A DNA stretch of 32,000 nt, from assembly GCA_001790095.1 (NCBI GenBank), contig MGBH01000001.1:360001-392000 (forward strand), given 5' to 3'. Of this stretch, positions 1 to 10,207 are shown one piece after another (position 1 is the stretch's first letter; every line of letters begins with the position of its first letter). Source of the stretch: Candidatus Saccharimonadota bacterium. Lineage in GTDB: Bacteria > Patescibacteriota > Microgenomatia > UBA1406 > GWC2-37-13. The notes under the pieces were generated by a model. It was not told the origin of the DNA, made no database searches, and worked only from the letters and a program-made list of their open reading frames with translations. The position numbers were made by a program, and so were the translations under genes.

Positions 1-1
1 C

Positions 2-211
2 CTATCGTTTTTAAAAAAACAAACAGCATATCAACCTCGCATTCTAGAAACTTCAGACATGAAAGAAGCAGTAAGATTTGCATACTTGCATACAAAACCC
101 CACACTATTTGTCTCCTTTCTACTGCGTCTCCAAGTTATAGCGTATGGAAGAATTTTGAAGAAAAGGGAGATCTATTTACTCTTTATGCTTCTAAATATG
201 AGAAGAGTTAA
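2..211 (+). CDS. murD: UDP-N-acetylmuramoylalanine--D-glutamate ligase, 3' end (partial; the gene starts upstream of the window)
   Basis: The frame is open from base 2 to TAA at 209-211. It translates to ...MKEAVRFAYLHTKPHTICLLSTASPSYSVWKNFEEKGDLFTLYASKYEKS*. The LLSPAcaSfD.FkNfEeRG..F-type C-terminus is typical of MurD, and the position upstream of ftsW-murG matches dcw synteny. Confidence 0.7.
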   Translation, partial: LSFLKKQTAYQPRILETSDMKEAVRFAYLHTKPHTICLLSTASPSYSVWKNFEEKGDLFTLYASKYEKS

Positions 212-1298
212 GCCCATGACCGACAATAAAACCCGTGCGAAAAGATCGTTTATTACCTTGTTTTCTTTACCTATCGTGCTTTCGGTTATTGGTCTTTTTT
301 TTGTGTTTGAAGCCTCTTACGTAAGAAGCTTTGGTGAATATAGGGATAGTTTCCATTACTTCAAAATTCAAGCAACGTGGATTCTGCTTGGTACCCTTAT
401 CATGGTGATTCTTTCTTATGTTGACTATCATAAACTATATTACGGAGCTTTTTTTCTGATGCTTGTCAATATATTTCTTTTATTTCTTGTGCTTGTTCCA
501 GGCATCGGCACAAAAGTAAATGGTGCACGAAGGTGGATTTTTGGTTTTCAACCTACAGAGATGGCAAAATTCTCAGTAATTATCTATCTGTCTTCTTGGT
601 TTATTACCAAAGAAAGAAAACGTTTTTTTTCCTTTATCATTTTACTTGGACTTCTTATGTTTTTGATTATTTTGCAACCTGATATGGGAACTGCAGCTAT
701 CCTTTTTTCCCTCAGTATTGCCATATATTTTTTGGCAGGTATTGAGCTTCGTTATTTACTGTTTTTAGTGCCGTTTTCTCTCCTCAGTTTTTATATGCTA
801 GCAAAATCATCACCTTATAGACTTAAGCGTTTGCTTGCTTTCTTTGATCCTACAATCGATCCACTGGGTATAACTTATCACATCAATCAAATTTTGATTT
901 CATTGTCAAACGGAGGAATTTTTGGTCAAGGATTTGGTGCATCCAAACAAAAACATCTTTATTTGCCCGAGGCTCATACAGACTCAATTTTTGCAATCAT
1001 AGGGGAGGAGATTGGATTCTTGGGGAGTTTCATTTTAATCACTATCTTCATATTCCTTGCTATATATATATTTAGGATTGCAGAGCAAGCTCATGACAGG
1101 TTTGGCAGGCTGCTTTGCGGCGGTATATTTGCTTTTTTCTGTCTTCAAACGACAATAAATTTAGCAAGCATGGTCCACCTTATTCCTTTAACAGGAGTTC
1201 CTTTACCATTTATCTCCTATGGTGGTTCGAATCTGCTTCTATCCTTTGCACTTATGGGTATTGTGTTAAGCATTGCCAGAAGCATAAAAATTAGATAA
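198..1298 (+). CDS. ftsW: SEDS-family peptidoglycan glycosyltransferase / cell division protein FtsW
   Basis: Motifs seen: RWIFGFQPTEMAKF, QPDMGTA, LPEAHTDSIFAIIGEE, GVPLPFISYGGSN. The protein is polytopic. The ORF track starts at 78, but 78-197 overlaps the murD tail, so ATG 198 (MRRVKPM...) or ATG 216 is preferred. Confidence 0.9.
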   Translation: MRRVKPMTDNKTRAKRSFITLFSLPIVLSVIGLFFVFEASYVRSFGEYRDSFHYFKIQATWILLGTLIMVILSYVDYHKLYYGAFFLMLVNIFLLFLVLVPGIGTKVNGARRWIFGFQPTEMAKFSVIIYLSSWFITKERKRFFSFIILLGLLMFLIILQPDMGTAAILFSLSIAIYFLAGIELRYLLFLVPFSLLSFYMLAKSSPYRLKRLLAFFDPTIDPLGITYHINQILISLSNGGIFGQGFGASKQKHLYLPEAHTDSIFAIIGEEIGFLGSFILITIFIFLAIYIFRIAEQAHDRFGRLLCGGIFAFFCLQTTINLASMVHLIPLTGVPLPFISYGGSNLLLSFALMGIVLSIARSIKIR

Positions 1299-1313
1299 GA
1301 TGAAAAACAAATC

Positions 1314-2426
1314 ATGAAAATACTCATTACCGGTGGCCATCTCACTCCTGCTCTTGCTGTCATCGATCGCATTATTGCATCATCTCAAAACAAAGATATT
1401 AGTTTTGTATTTGTGGGTAGAAAGTACTCACTTGAAAGCGAGCAGACGTATTCATTTGAGTATAAAGAGATTACAAAGCGAAACATACCTTTTATCTCAC
1501 TTCATGCGGGACGACTTACGAGATTTCTATCGTATAAAAGCATTCGAAGTATCTTAAGGATTCCCCTTGGATTTTTTCACGCCCTGTTTGTCTTACGTCA
1601 GGAGTCACCAGATATTATTTTGTCATTTGGCGGGTATTTAGCGCTTCCAATAGCCTTTGCTGGATGGTTATATAGAAAACCGATATTTACACATGAGCAG
1701 ACTATGCATCCTGGATTATCAAATAGAATTATTGCTTATTTTTCAAAAAAAATATTTTATTCATTCCCGGAAACTAAAAAGTTTTTTCCCTCAGGAAGAC
1801 GCACCATACTATCAGGTAATCCGATACGAAAAACTGTTTTTGAGGTAAGAAAAAAACCATTTGAAATACAAAAAACCAAACCGGTCATATACATAACAGG
1901 AGGATCTCTTGGTTCCCATGGCATTAATAACCATATACGTATGATTCTTCCCAATTTGTTACGTGACTTTATTGTCATCCATCAGACAGGTAACGTAAAA
2001 GAGTTTCACGATTATGATCGTCTGGTCCGTTATCGCAGAACACTTCAGGAAGATCTAAGGAATCGTTATTATCCCGTTGAACATTTCTTTGACGAGGAGA
2101 TAGGATATATATATTCAATCGCAGACATTGTAGTTAGTCGTTCAGGCGCAAATACTTTTTTTGAGCTTATTCAATTGCGTAAGCCAGCGGTATTAATCCC
2201 CCTCCCCTGGTCGGCCAATAAAGAACAGCAACTTCATGGTAATTTTTTTGCAAAGAATGGTTTGGGGGAGGTATTTGAGCAGCATGAACAGAGTACGAAA
2301 CTATTGGAGTTTATACAAAAAATTGCCTCACGTATAGATACATATAAAAAACATTTCTTAAAATTACCATTCCAAATAAGGCAAGATGCAACAGATACGA
2401 TCATCAAAGAAATTCTTAATATATAG
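1314..2426 (+). CDS. murG: Lipid II synthase MurG (GT28 UDP-GlcNAc transferase)
   Basis: Motifs seen: N-terminal ITGGHLTPALAV G-loop, ITGGSLGS, VVSRSGANTFFEL and PLPWSANKEQQLHGNFF (the H-Q..NA region). It sits between ftsW and ftsQ. Confidence 0.9.
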   Translation: MKILITGGHLTPALAVIDRIIASSQNKDISFVFVGRKYSLESEQTYSFEYKEITKRNIPFISLHAGRLTRFLSYKSIRSILRIPLGFFHALFVLRQESPDIILSFGGYLALPIAFAGWLYRKPIFTHEQTMHPGLSNRIIAYFSKKIFYSFPETKKFFPSGRRTILSGNPIRKTVFEVRKKPFEIQKTKPVIYITGGSLGSHGINNHIRMILPNLLRDFIVIHQTGNVKEFHDYDRLVRYRRTLQEDLRNRYYPVEHFFDEEIGYIYSIADIVVSRSGANTFFELIQLRKPAVLIPLPWSANKEQQLHGNFFAKNGLGEVFEQHEQSTKLLEFIQKIASRIDTYKKHFLKLPFQIRQDATDTIIKEILNI

Positions 2427-3123
2427 TCGTCTATTCTTATTTTTCACGATCCCCATATTTGTATTGGGGAGTCTATTTATTTACTTAGACATGATGTTTC
2501 GAGTAAAGCTTATTCGGGTAGAAGGCACATTAAAAGATGTGACACTATTTGGTTTAGAAGATTTGAAAGACAAACGCATCGTATTTCTTTCGACAAAAAA
2601 AACTGAAGAACAGATCAAACAAATAAATCCATTCCTTTCATCTGTTGTTATTAAAAAAAGGTATCCCAGTACATTAGACATTACCATTGAGCAGGCTGCT
2701 CCTTACATATATCTTAAGGCAGACCCAGGGTTACTCGTACTAAACTTGGATGGAAGAATTATGCAAAAAATTAAAGATATTAAAGGGAACCCTATACTTC
2801 CGTATCTTACCTACTTTCAGAAGTTCAACTATGCTTCTTATCAACCGGGTGACATAATTGATTTAAGGGAGATAAAAATGGCCCTTATTTTTGTCAAAAA
2901 AGTAACAGATGCGGGTTTAAAAGTTAATACTATTGATATTGATGGAGTTGGTGTGATAGGATTACACTTGAAGGGTAAAACAATCCTGTTTTCCTCAGAA
3001 AAAGATGTTGAATCTCAAGTATATCAAATGGAGCAAATAGTCCATCAGTTTAAAATACAAGGAAAAGATTTTAAAAAACTGGATCTAAGGTTTAACCGAC
3101 CTGTTTTAGAACTAATTGAATAA
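2386..3123 (+). CDS. ftsQ: Cell division protein FtsQ/DivIB-like (N-terminal TM plus POTRA-like region)
   Basis: It has a short basic N-terminus, one TM helix (LFLFFTIPIFVLGSLFIYL), then VKLIRVEGT... typical of the FtsQ POTRA start. Its position directly upstream of ftsA-ftsZ supports the call. It overlaps the murG end by 41 nt. Confidence 0.6.
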   Translation: MQQIRSSKKFLIYSRLFLFFTIPIFVLGSLFIYLDMMFRVKLIRVEGTLKDVTLFGLEDLKDKRIVFLSTKKTEEQIKQINPFLSSVVIKKRYPSTLDITIEQAAPYIYLKADPGLLVLNLDGRIMQKIKDIKGNPILPYLTYFQKFNYASYQPGDIIDLREIKMALIFVKKVTDAGLKVNTIDIDGVGVIGLHLKGKTILFSSEKDVESQVYQMEQIVHQFKIQGKDFKKLDLRFNRPVLELIE

Positions 3124-4399
3124 TATGGCAGACCAGCTAATAACAGCAATAGACATCGGTAGTTCAAAAATAGCTACAATTGTAGGTTTAGAATCAAAAG
3201 AGGATGAACAGCTACGTATTATAGGGTTTAACTCAACACCCTCAAGAGGTGTTAAAAAGGGATTAGTCGTTGATATAGACAAGGTCACAGAATCGGTCAT
3301 AGAGAGCATTGAGAAAGCAGAGCGAATGGCTGGACAAAAAATCCACCACACCCTTGTATCAGTCGGTGGGCCACACATCTCATCACTTAACTCGCGCGGT
3401 GTAGTGGCTGTAGCTGATGCAAGAGGCGAGATATCAGAAACTGATATTAATCGCGTTGTTGAAGCTGCTCGAGCAATCTCACTTTCAACCACAAGACAGA
3501 TTATTGAAGTATCTCCGCGGGACTTTGTAGTAGATGGTCAAGAAGGGATAAAAAACCCAATCGGTATGAGCGGAGTACGGCTTGAAGTTGAAACTCATAT
3601 CATAACAGCCTCCCATACTAATCTAAAAAATATCGATCGTTGTATGGATAACGTTGGTGTCCAAAATCAAGGATTTATCTTTGCCGGTTTGGCATCATCT
3701 GAATCTGTTCTCACCGATACGGAAAAGGAGCTGGGAGTCGTGTGTGTTGATATTGGAGGAGGTAAAACAGATGTAGCTTTATATGTAGACGGCTCTCTTT
3801 CGTATTCATCCTCGATTCCAATAGGTGCAAAGCACATAACTAATGATATTGCAGTTGGACTTCGTGTTTCTCTTGACTCAGCGGAAAAAATAAAACTTTT
3901 TTTAAGCAAAAAATTAGGCCACCAAACCGAAAAAAGCAAACAGAAGATTGATGAGTTAGATTTTCATGAGCTTTTACTACCGGAACAAACGGAAAAGATA
4001 GACGTAAAGGTGTTAATTGATGGTATCATCGGACCTCGTCTTGAGGAAATATTTAGACTTGTGAGTGATGAAATTGTAAAAAGTAATTTTATTGAGCATA
4101 TTCCCTCAGGGCTTGTTATTACAGGTGGAGGAGCTTTGACGGTTGGCATCCTTGAGATGGGAAGAAAAGTGATAGGACTGCCCATAAGAATTGGAATACC
4201 AAGTGGGATAACTGGTTTGGTTGATGAGATCATTGATCCTCAATTTTCAACCACCGTTGGCTTGATTTTACAAGGAAGAAAAAATATAATGAGCAATAAA
4301 GAAGAAGGCTTCAAAAATTTTAATAAAATATTAAAGGATTTTTCAATAGGTGGATCAGTCGGAAAAGTAAAGGAGTTTTTCAAACAATTTATACCATAA
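3116..4399 (+). CDS. ftsA: Cell division protein FtsA (actin-like ATPase)
   Basis: Motifs seen: AIDIGSSKI (phosphate 1), VDIGGGKTDVA (phosphate 2), ITGGGA (adenosine). Alternative start at ATG 3125 (MADQL). Confidence 0.9.
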   Translation: MNNMADQLITAIDIGSSKIATIVGLESKEDEQLRIIGFNSTPSRGVKKGLVVDIDKVTESVIESIEKAERMAGQKIHHTLVSVGGPHISSLNSRGVVAVADARGEISETDINRVVEAARAISLSTTRQIIEVSPRDFVVDGQEGIKNPIGMSGVRLEVETHIITASHTNLKNIDRCMDNVGVQNQGFIFAGLASSESVLTDTEKELGVVCVDIGGGKTDVALYVDGSLSYSSSIPIGAKHITNDIAVGLRVSLDSAEKIKLFLSKKLGHQTEKSKQKIDELDFHELLLPEQTEKIDVKVLIDGIIGPRLEEIFRLVSDEIVKSNFIEHIPSGLVITGGGALTVGILEMGRKVIGLPIRIGIPSGITGLVDEIIDPQFSTTVGLILQGRKNIMSNKEEGFKNFNKILKDFSIGGSVGKVKEFFKQFIP

Positions 4400-4400
4400 T

Positions 4401-5546
4401 ATGTTTATCAAACCAAGAGCAGGGCAAGCTGCACGTATAAAAGTTGTGGGTGTGGGTGGTGGTGGAGGCAACGCCCTTTCATCCATGATCTTTGAGGGAG
4501 GTATTGCGGGTGTAGAATTTATTGCAGTTAATACAGATGCTCAAGCACTTCTGAATAATAAAGCAACCGTAAAAGTTCAAATAGGTGAAGGTCTTACAAA
4601 AGGTCTTGGATCTGGCGGAGACCCTGAAGTAGGTAAACAAGCAGCAGAGGAATCAAGAGAACGATTAAAAGAGGAGTTAAGTGGTGCAGATATGGTTTTT
4701 ATCACATGCGGCGAAGGAGGAGGTACGGGGACTGGCGCATCACCAATTGTAGCTGAAGTAGCAAAAGAATCGGGAGCTCTTACTGTGGCTGTTGTCACTA
4801 AACCGTTTGAATTTGAAGGGACGAAGCGCCGCTTTACTGCAGATGAAGGAACTCTCCGGTTAAAAGAAAAAGTAGATACCCTTATCGTCGTTCCCAACCA
4901 GAAGATTTTACAGGTTGTGGAAAAGAAAACACCCATCCTTGAAGCGTTTAGAAGGATTGATTCGGTACTTCATCAAGGGGTAAAAGGAATAGCAGAGCTC
5001 ATAACTGTTCCTGGACTTATTAACGTTGATTTTGCAGACGTTCGCACCGTTATGAATAGCGCTGGCACCGCTCTCATGGGGATTGGAATTGGTTCAGGCG
5101 ACAAAAGAGCCTTAGCTGCTATAAAACAGGCGATTTCTTCACCACTTCTTGATGCATCGATTGAAGGCGCAAGGGGAATACTTCTTAATATAGTTGGTGG
5201 TCCTGATATTACCATGAGTGAGATTGATGAGGCCGCCTCCATAATCACAAAGACGGTTGATCCCGATGCCGATATCATATTTGGAGCTGTTATAGATGAA
5301 AAAATGATGGACTCAGTGAAAATAACCCTTATTGCCACCAAGTTTGATGATCATCGTGTTAAACTTTTCAGATTTAAAAAAGAAGAACCAGTATCAGAAT
5401 CAACCAAATTAACCCCTGATTCACGTAAACCTGAGGAAGCTGTCCAACTTGAACAATCATCACAAAAAATGGAAATGCCAGATGATGAAGAATTTTTGGA
5501 AGAAGATGATGCTTTTGATGTCCCTGCTTTCTTGAGAAAGAAATAA
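4401..5546 (+). CDS. ftsZ: Cell division GTPase FtsZ
   Basis: Motifs seen: GVGGGGGNA, tubulin signature GGGTGTGASP, NVDFADV, and an acidic linker ending in the conserved C-terminal peptide DDAFDVPAFLRKK. Confidence 0.97.
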   Translation: MFIKPRAGQAARIKVVGVGGGGGNALSSMIFEGGIAGVEFIAVNTDAQALLNNKATVKVQIGEGLTKGLGSGGDPEVGKQAAEESRERLKEELSGADMVFITCGEGGGTGTGASPIVAEVAKESGALTVAVVTKPFEFEGTKRRFTADEGTLRLKEKVDTLIVVPNQKILQVVEKKTPILEAFRRIDSVLHQGVKGIAELITVPGLINVDFADVRTVMNSAGTALMGIGIGSGDKRALAAIKQAISSPLLDASIEGARGILLNIVGGPDITMSEIDEAASIITKTVDPDADIIFGAVIDEKMMDSVKITLIATKFDDHRVKLFRFKKEEPVSESTKLTPDSRKPEEAVQLEQSSQKMEMPDDEEFLEEDDAFDVPAFLRKK

Positions 5547-5565
5547 TTCAAAAAACATTATTTAT

Positions 5566-8559
5566 ATGCCCAAGCCAGTTCAGTCAAACCCCGATTTTCC
5601 ACTCCTTGAAAAAGAGCTTCTTACTCACTGGTATAAAGATGGAATAGTTGATAAATATCTGCATAAAAACGACAAAGAAAAAAAAACATTTTCATTTTTA
5701 GACGGTCCCATAACAGCCAATAACCCCATGGGAGCCCATCATGCATGGGGTCGTACTTACAAAGACCTTTGGCCAAGATTTTTTAACCTCATGGGGTATC
5801 GCCAGCGATTCCAAAACGGATTTGACTGTCAAGGGCTATGGGTTGAGGTTGAGGTGGAAAAAGAATTGGGACTTCGATCAAAAAAGGACATAGAAAATCT
5901 AGTACCTGGAGATAGGAAAGCATCTATCGCTAAGTTTGTCCAACTTTGCAAAGATAGGGTAGTCAAATTTTCAAAAATTCAGACAGAACAATCCAAACGC
6001 CTAGGTTATTTTGCCGATTGGAATCATTCGTACTTTACCATGAGTGAGCAAAACAACTATATGATTTGGCACTTTCTAAAAAAGTGCCATGAGCATGGTT
6101 GGATTTATAAAGGACACGAATCAGTTCCATGGTGTCCCCGGTGTGAAACCGCCATATCTCAGCATGAGATGTTGACTGAGGATTATAAAGAAGTAGTACA
6201 TGAATCAGTATATTTGGAACTGAAACTCAAAAACAAAAATGAGTTTTTACTCATCTGGACGACTACTCCTTGGACTATTCCGGCAAATATTGCTGTTGCT
6301 GTTGAAAACGATTATGACTATGCATTGGTTCAAGGAACAACCAATGATCTTTTTTGGGTAGCAAAGGATGCTGTGGAGAGAGTGTTTGGTAAAGGATACA
6401 AAAAGATTATCAAGACGGTTAAGGGAAGGGATTTGGTTGGGCTTACCTATGAGGCACCTTTCGATGGGATACCTGCGGTAAAAAAAGTAGAGGAGGCAAA
6501 CAAAAAGAATTTCCATACGGTGGTCGCTACAGATCAAACGATTTTACCAATCACAACTACAGAAGGTACGGGTCTTGTCCACACGGCTGTGTCAGCCGGT
6601 ACTGAAGACTTTAAACTTGGTAAAAAATACGGTTTACCCATGATTCCCGTGATTGCCGACAACGCTGATTATCTGCCAACAATGGGTTTCTTGAGTGGAA
6701 AGAATGCAAAAAAACATCCAGAGCTCATTCTTGATTTTTTGAAGGAGAAAGACTGTGTTTTTAAAATTGAACGATATAAACATCGCTACCCCGCCTGTTG
6801 GAGATGTAAGGCTGAACTTGTTTGGAAAGTTGCAGATGAGTGGTATATCGCGATGGATTCTCCATCGCGAATTCAAAAGTCAAACGTCCCTTCGACGAAG
6901 CTCAGGGCAAGCAAAAGTCAAAATTTGACGTTGCGACAGCGAATGATAAATGTTGCTAAGCAAATAAAATGGATGCCGGAATTTGGACTTGATCGTGAGC
7001 TTGATTGGTTGAAAAACATGCATGATTGGTTGATAAGTAAAAAGAATCGTTACTGGGGACTAGCTCTTCCTATATATGAATGCAAAGGATGTGGAACCTT
7101 TGAAGTAGTCGGTTCTAAGGATGAACTAAAAAAAAGAGCTGTCTCCGGTTGGAGCATATTTGAAGGTCACTCTCCACACAAGCCATTTATTGATGAAGTT
7201 ACAATCACCTGTAAAAAATGCAATAAGGAAGTAAAAAGGATAGATGATGTCGGTAATCCGTGGCTTGATGCAGGAATTGTTCCCTACTCAACCATCATGG
7301 ATAAAAACCAAGGGGAACCTCTTTATCTTGGAGATAAAGAAAAATGGAAAGATTGGTTTCCAGCGAATTTTATAACCGAATCCTTTCCCGGACAGTTCAA
7401 AAACTGGTTCTATGCGATGATTGCAATGTCTAGCGTACTTGAAAACACCAATCCATTTGAAAGGGTGTTGGGATATGGGACTATGTTGGGAGAGGATGGA
7501 CGAGCCATGCATAAAAGCTGGGGAAACTCTATTGAGTTTAACGAGGGTGCGGACAAGATAGGGGTAGATGTGATGAGATGGATGTTTGCCAGACAAAATC
7601 CGGCAGATAATATGTTGTTTGGATATAAAAAAGCAGATGAGGTGCGTAGACAGTTTTATCTTATGCTGTGGAATGTCAATAAATTTTTTGTCGAATACGC
7701 CAATTTAGATAAATTTGAAGTTCAGGATGACAAAATAAATCTAAAATCTAAAAACATTCTTGATACGTGGATTCTTTCACGTCTTGCATCTCTTATAGAC
7801 CATACTGAAAAATCGTTTCGAGAGTTTAATGCAAAAGAGGCCGCCTTGTCTATTGAAAAATTCGTTGCCGATGTATCAACTTGGTTTATAAGGAGAAGTA
7901 GGGACAGAGTTTGGGTGAACTCTGACGACACAAACGATAAACAATATTTTTACACTACACTAAGGAAGATATTAATAGATCTTTCCATAATCATATCACC
8001 GATAGTTCCATTCATAAGTGAGATGATATTCACAAATCTGACAGATTATGAGTCTGTTCATCTTACTTATTGGCCAAAGACAGATAGTTTACCCAAGCCG
8101 GATGACAAAATGTTTGTTGACATGGAGATTGTCCGAGAGATGGCTGAGGCAGGACAAAGAGCAAGAAAAGAGCAAAAAATAAAAGTCAGACAACCCTTAA
8201 ATTCTGTAAGAATTACTGCTCCGGTATCAAAAAAGTTCCACATTGAAGCATACAGGGAAGAATATTTGAGACTGTTACGTCTTGAATTAAATGTCAAAAA
8301 AGTTGAGCTTGGTATATCCAAAGACGACGTCATATACGTGCAATATGACATTATTCTCACTGAAGAATTGAAGTTTGAGGGCAAACTCCGTGAACTTATG
8401 CGGGAGATACAATCAAAAAGAAAAGAACTTGGTACCAAACCAGATCAATTTGTTATCCTAACCCTTCCGAAAGACTGTATGAAGTTTGCAGAATTTTTAA
8501 GAAAAAAAATATTAGCACATAAAATTGAAGAGGGAAATGAGCTAAACGTTTCACTATGA
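5566..8559 (+). CDS. ileS: Isoleucine--tRNA ligase (class Ia; long form with Zn-ribbon Cys pairs)
   Basis: Motifs seen: WTTTPWTIPAN (IleRS editing-domain entry), PMGAHHAWGR at the HIGH position, AMHKSWGNS at the KMSKS position. Cys pairs: CPRC, CWRC, CKGC, CKKC. Stop TGA at 8557-8559 overlaps the rodA ATG (ATGA). Confidence 0.85.
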   Translation: MPKPVQSNPDFPLLEKELLTHWYKDGIVDKYLHKNDKEKKTFSFLDGPITANNPMGAHHAWGRTYKDLWPRFFNLMGYRQRFQNGFDCQGLWVEVEVEKELGLRSKKDIENLVPGDRKASIAKFVQLCKDRVVKFSKIQTEQSKRLGYFADWNHSYFTMSEQNNYMIWHFLKKCHEHGWIYKGHESVPWCPRCETAISQHEMLTEDYKEVVHESVYLELKLKNKNEFLLIWTTTPWTIPANIAVAVENDYDYALVQGTTNDLFWVAKDAVERVFGKGYKKIIKTVKGRDLVGLTYEAPFDGIPAVKKVEEANKKNFHTVVATDQTILPITTTEGTGLVHTAVSAGTEDFKLGKKYGLPMIPVIADNADYLPTMGFLSGKNAKKHPELILDFLKEKDCVFKIERYKHRYPACWRCKAELVWKVADEWYIAMDSPSRIQKSNVPSTKLRASKSQNLTLRQRMINVAKQIKWMPEFGLDRELDWLKNMHDWLISKKNRYWGLALPIYECKGCGTFEVVGSKDELKKRAVSGWSIFEGHSPHKPFIDEVTITCKKCNKEVKRIDDVGNPWLDAGIVPYSTIMDKNQGEPLYLGDKEKWKDWFPANFITESFPGQFKNWFYAMIAMSSVLENTNPFERVLGYGTMLGEDGRAMHKSWGNSIEFNEGADKIGVDVMRWMFARQNPADNMLFGYKKADEVRRQFYLMLWNVNKFFVEYANLDKFEVQDDKINLKSKNILDTWILSRLASLIDHTEKSFREFNAKEAALSIEKFVADVSTWFIRRSRDRVWVNSDDTNDKQYFYTTLRKILIDLSIIISPIVPFISEMIFTNLTDYESVHLTYWPKTDSLPKPDDKMFVDMEIVREMAEAGQRARKEQKIKVRQPLNSVRITAPVSKKFHIEAYREEYLRLLRLELNVKKVELGISKDDVIYVQYDIILTEELKFEGKLRELMREIQSKRKELGTKPDQFVILTLPKDCMKFAEFLRKKILAHKIEEGNELNVSL

Positions 8560-9590
8560 TAAGCCTTCTTTTACCTACATTTTTTTTATTTTTGTTTGGG
8601 TTTTTTAATCTTTTTGGGATAAAGCCCGTGTTAGGCAGCACGATGTTGCTTAATTTTACTGTGGGACTCTTTTTCTTTTTTATTTTCAAAAAACTTAGTT
8701 GGAAGTTTTTTCGTGAGAATAGCACTCTTTTTTACTGGCTATTTATAGGAATCTTGCTTATTACCTACATAATCGGGCTTGAAGTGAAGGGTTCTAAGCG
8801 GTGGATTGATCTCTTTTTCTTTCGATTTCAAGGTTCGGAATTCTTCAAAATTTTTTTTATTCTTTTTTTTGCTGACTTTTTTTCAAAGTTTTCAAAGAGT
8901 GAAAATATCTTCCTTACCCTCACAAAAACTCTTATTTATTTTGCGTTGCCAACTTTAATCATATTTAAACAACCAGATCTTGGAAATGCAATGGTATATG
9001 TTTTTGTTTTCTTTGTTTTGCTTTTTTTTTCATCAGTTCCAAAAAAAAACGTGCTATATCTGTTGGGAAGCCTTTGCGCTTTTTTACCGTTCGGATGGTT
9101 TTTTCTCAAAGAGTATCAAAAAAGTAGGATAATAAGTTTTTTTCAACCTCATCTTGATACACAACAAAATGCGTACAACATGATACAAGCCATGATTACG
9201 ATTGGATCTGGTACGTTTTTTGGACGCGGACTAGGGCTTGGAACTCAATCAAAACTTTACTTTTTACCTGAAAACAGCACTGACTTCGCATTTTCATCAC
9301 TGGTTGAACAGTTTGGTTTTGTTGGGGGACTGCTTACTCTTATTCTCTATGTGGTCATACTCTATATGCTGTTTAAAAGATCACAAAAATTTGTTCTTAA
9401 AGATGATGAGACAGGTAAGTATACTTTTTTATATATTTTAGGAATGATGTCATTTATTTTTTTTCAAGTGATGGTTAATATTGGTATGAATCTTGGCATA
9501 CTTCCGATTGCAGGCATAGCACTTCCTTTTATCTCCTACGGAGGATCAATGATTGTATCTCTTATGATTGGTTTTGCTCTTATTCCATAA
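8556..9590 (+). CDS. rodA: SEDS-family protein RodA-like (second SEDS paralog in the window)
   Basis: Motifs seen: KRWIDLFFFRFQGSEFFK, QPDLGNA, LPENSTDFAFSSLVEQFG, GIALPFISYGGSM. The protein is polytopic. Confidence 0.85.
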   Translation: MISLLLPTFFLFLFGFFNLFGIKPVLGSTMLLNFTVGLFFFFIFKKLSWKFFRENSTLFYWLFIGILLITYIIGLEVKGSKRWIDLFFFRFQGSEFFKIFFILFFADFFSKFSKSENIFLTLTKTLIYFALPTLIIFKQPDLGNAMVYVFVFFVLLFFSSVPKKNVLYLLGSLCAFLPFGWFFLKEYQKSRIISFFQPHLDTQQNAYNMIQAMITIGSGTFFGRGLGLGTQSKLYFLPENSTDFAFSSLVEQFGFVGGLLTLILYVVILYMLFKRSQKFVLKDDETGKYTFLYILGMMSFIFFQVMVNIGMNLGILPIAGIALPFISYGGSMIVSLMIGFALIP

Positions 9591-9598
9591 GTCAAGAA

Positions 9599-9627
9599 TT
9601 GACAAATAGCTCTCCATATTTTATAGT
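9599..9627 (+). promoter_or_regulatory. Sigma-70-type promoter TTGACA-N17-TATAGT
   Basis: -35 TTGACA at 9599-9604, a 17-nt spacer, -10 TATAGT at 9622-9627. It lies 25 nt upstream of ATG 9653. Confidence 0.55.
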
Positions 9628-9652
9628 GTTACTATACAAATAAAAACTTATC

Positions 9653-10150
9653 ATGGACAATAAAATCTGCATAGATAAAAGGATATGGTATCTTATATTG
9701 TTTGTTGTTCCACTTTTTTTTGTAATACTTTCGTTTTCGCTCTTTGTTAATTCACAAAGGATATATCAAAATAGCAAAGCATCAGAATATAGTACACCTC
9801 AGATCAAGGTTAAGCAAACAAGCTTAAATCCAAGCCCAATAACTGTTAAAACACTAGCAATTTGCCTTAAAGCCATAGAAAACAAGACAGCACAAGCAAT
9901 TGACCTCTACCTTATACCCTCCTCCTCGCCATATAGGGAGCAACCCATGAAGATTTATGCAAATTCCTCATACATGGCGCTTATCTCTCCCCCCATCTCA
10001 TTAAATACAAAACTTCCTTTTTATTCACTAAAGAGGGAGTTATTTTCAAAAGAAGAGGCGTATATCTTTTTTGCTATTCAAGGGCAAGGTGAGACAAATA
10101 CTCAAAAAAAAGAGACACTCAAAAATTGCGAAAAGCTGTTTCTTGATTAA
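9653..10150 (+). CDS. Hypothetical membrane-anchored protein (one N-terminal TM helix)
   Basis: 165-aa ORF with its own promoter-like element. The hydrophobic N-terminus is WYLILFVVPLFFVILSFSLFV. I recognise no family motif. Confidence 0.5.
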   Translation: MDNKICIDKRIWYLILFVVPLFFVILSFSLFVNSQRIYQNSKASEYSTPQIKVKQTSLNPSPITVKTLAICLKAIENKTAQAIDLYLIPSSSPYREQPMKIYANSSYMALISPPISLNTKLPFYSLKRELFSKEEAYIFFAIQGQGETNTQKKETLKNCEKLFLD

Positions 10151-10170
10151 GAAACAAGAGAAAGTTCATA

Positions 10171-10199
10171 TTGATTTTTTTGGCTTTTTCATATATACT
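10171..10199 (+). promoter_or_regulatory. Sigma-70-type promoter TTGATT-N17-TATACT abutting rplU
   Basis: -35 at 10171-10176 and -10 at 10194-10199. Only 8 nt separate the -10 from ATG 10208, so the mRNA would be leaderless or nearly so. Confidence 0.5.
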
Positions 10200-10207
10200 A
10201 ACTACTT

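Noticed and set aside
78-197. N-terminal 40-codon extension of ftsW given in the ORF track
   Set aside because: This stretch overlaps the murD C-terminal coding frame, which carries a recognisable MurD tail. The extension peptide has no FtsW-like features. ATG 198 or 216 is preferred.
1-5546. Contracted dcw cluster (murD-ftsW-murG-ftsQ-ftsA-ftsZ without murC, murB or ddl) as a novelty
   Set aside because: Gene order varies widely among bacteria, and the missing genes may simply lie elsewhere. Nothing unusual is visible in the sequences themselves.
3112-5551. Long antisense ORFs inside ftsA and ftsZ (3112-3492, 3667-3939, 3964-4233, 4577-4936, 4973-5341, 5351-5551)
   Set aside because: These are shadow ORFs opposite strongly conserved genes. 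The translations are low-complexity (S/P/I-rich) with no recognisable motifs.
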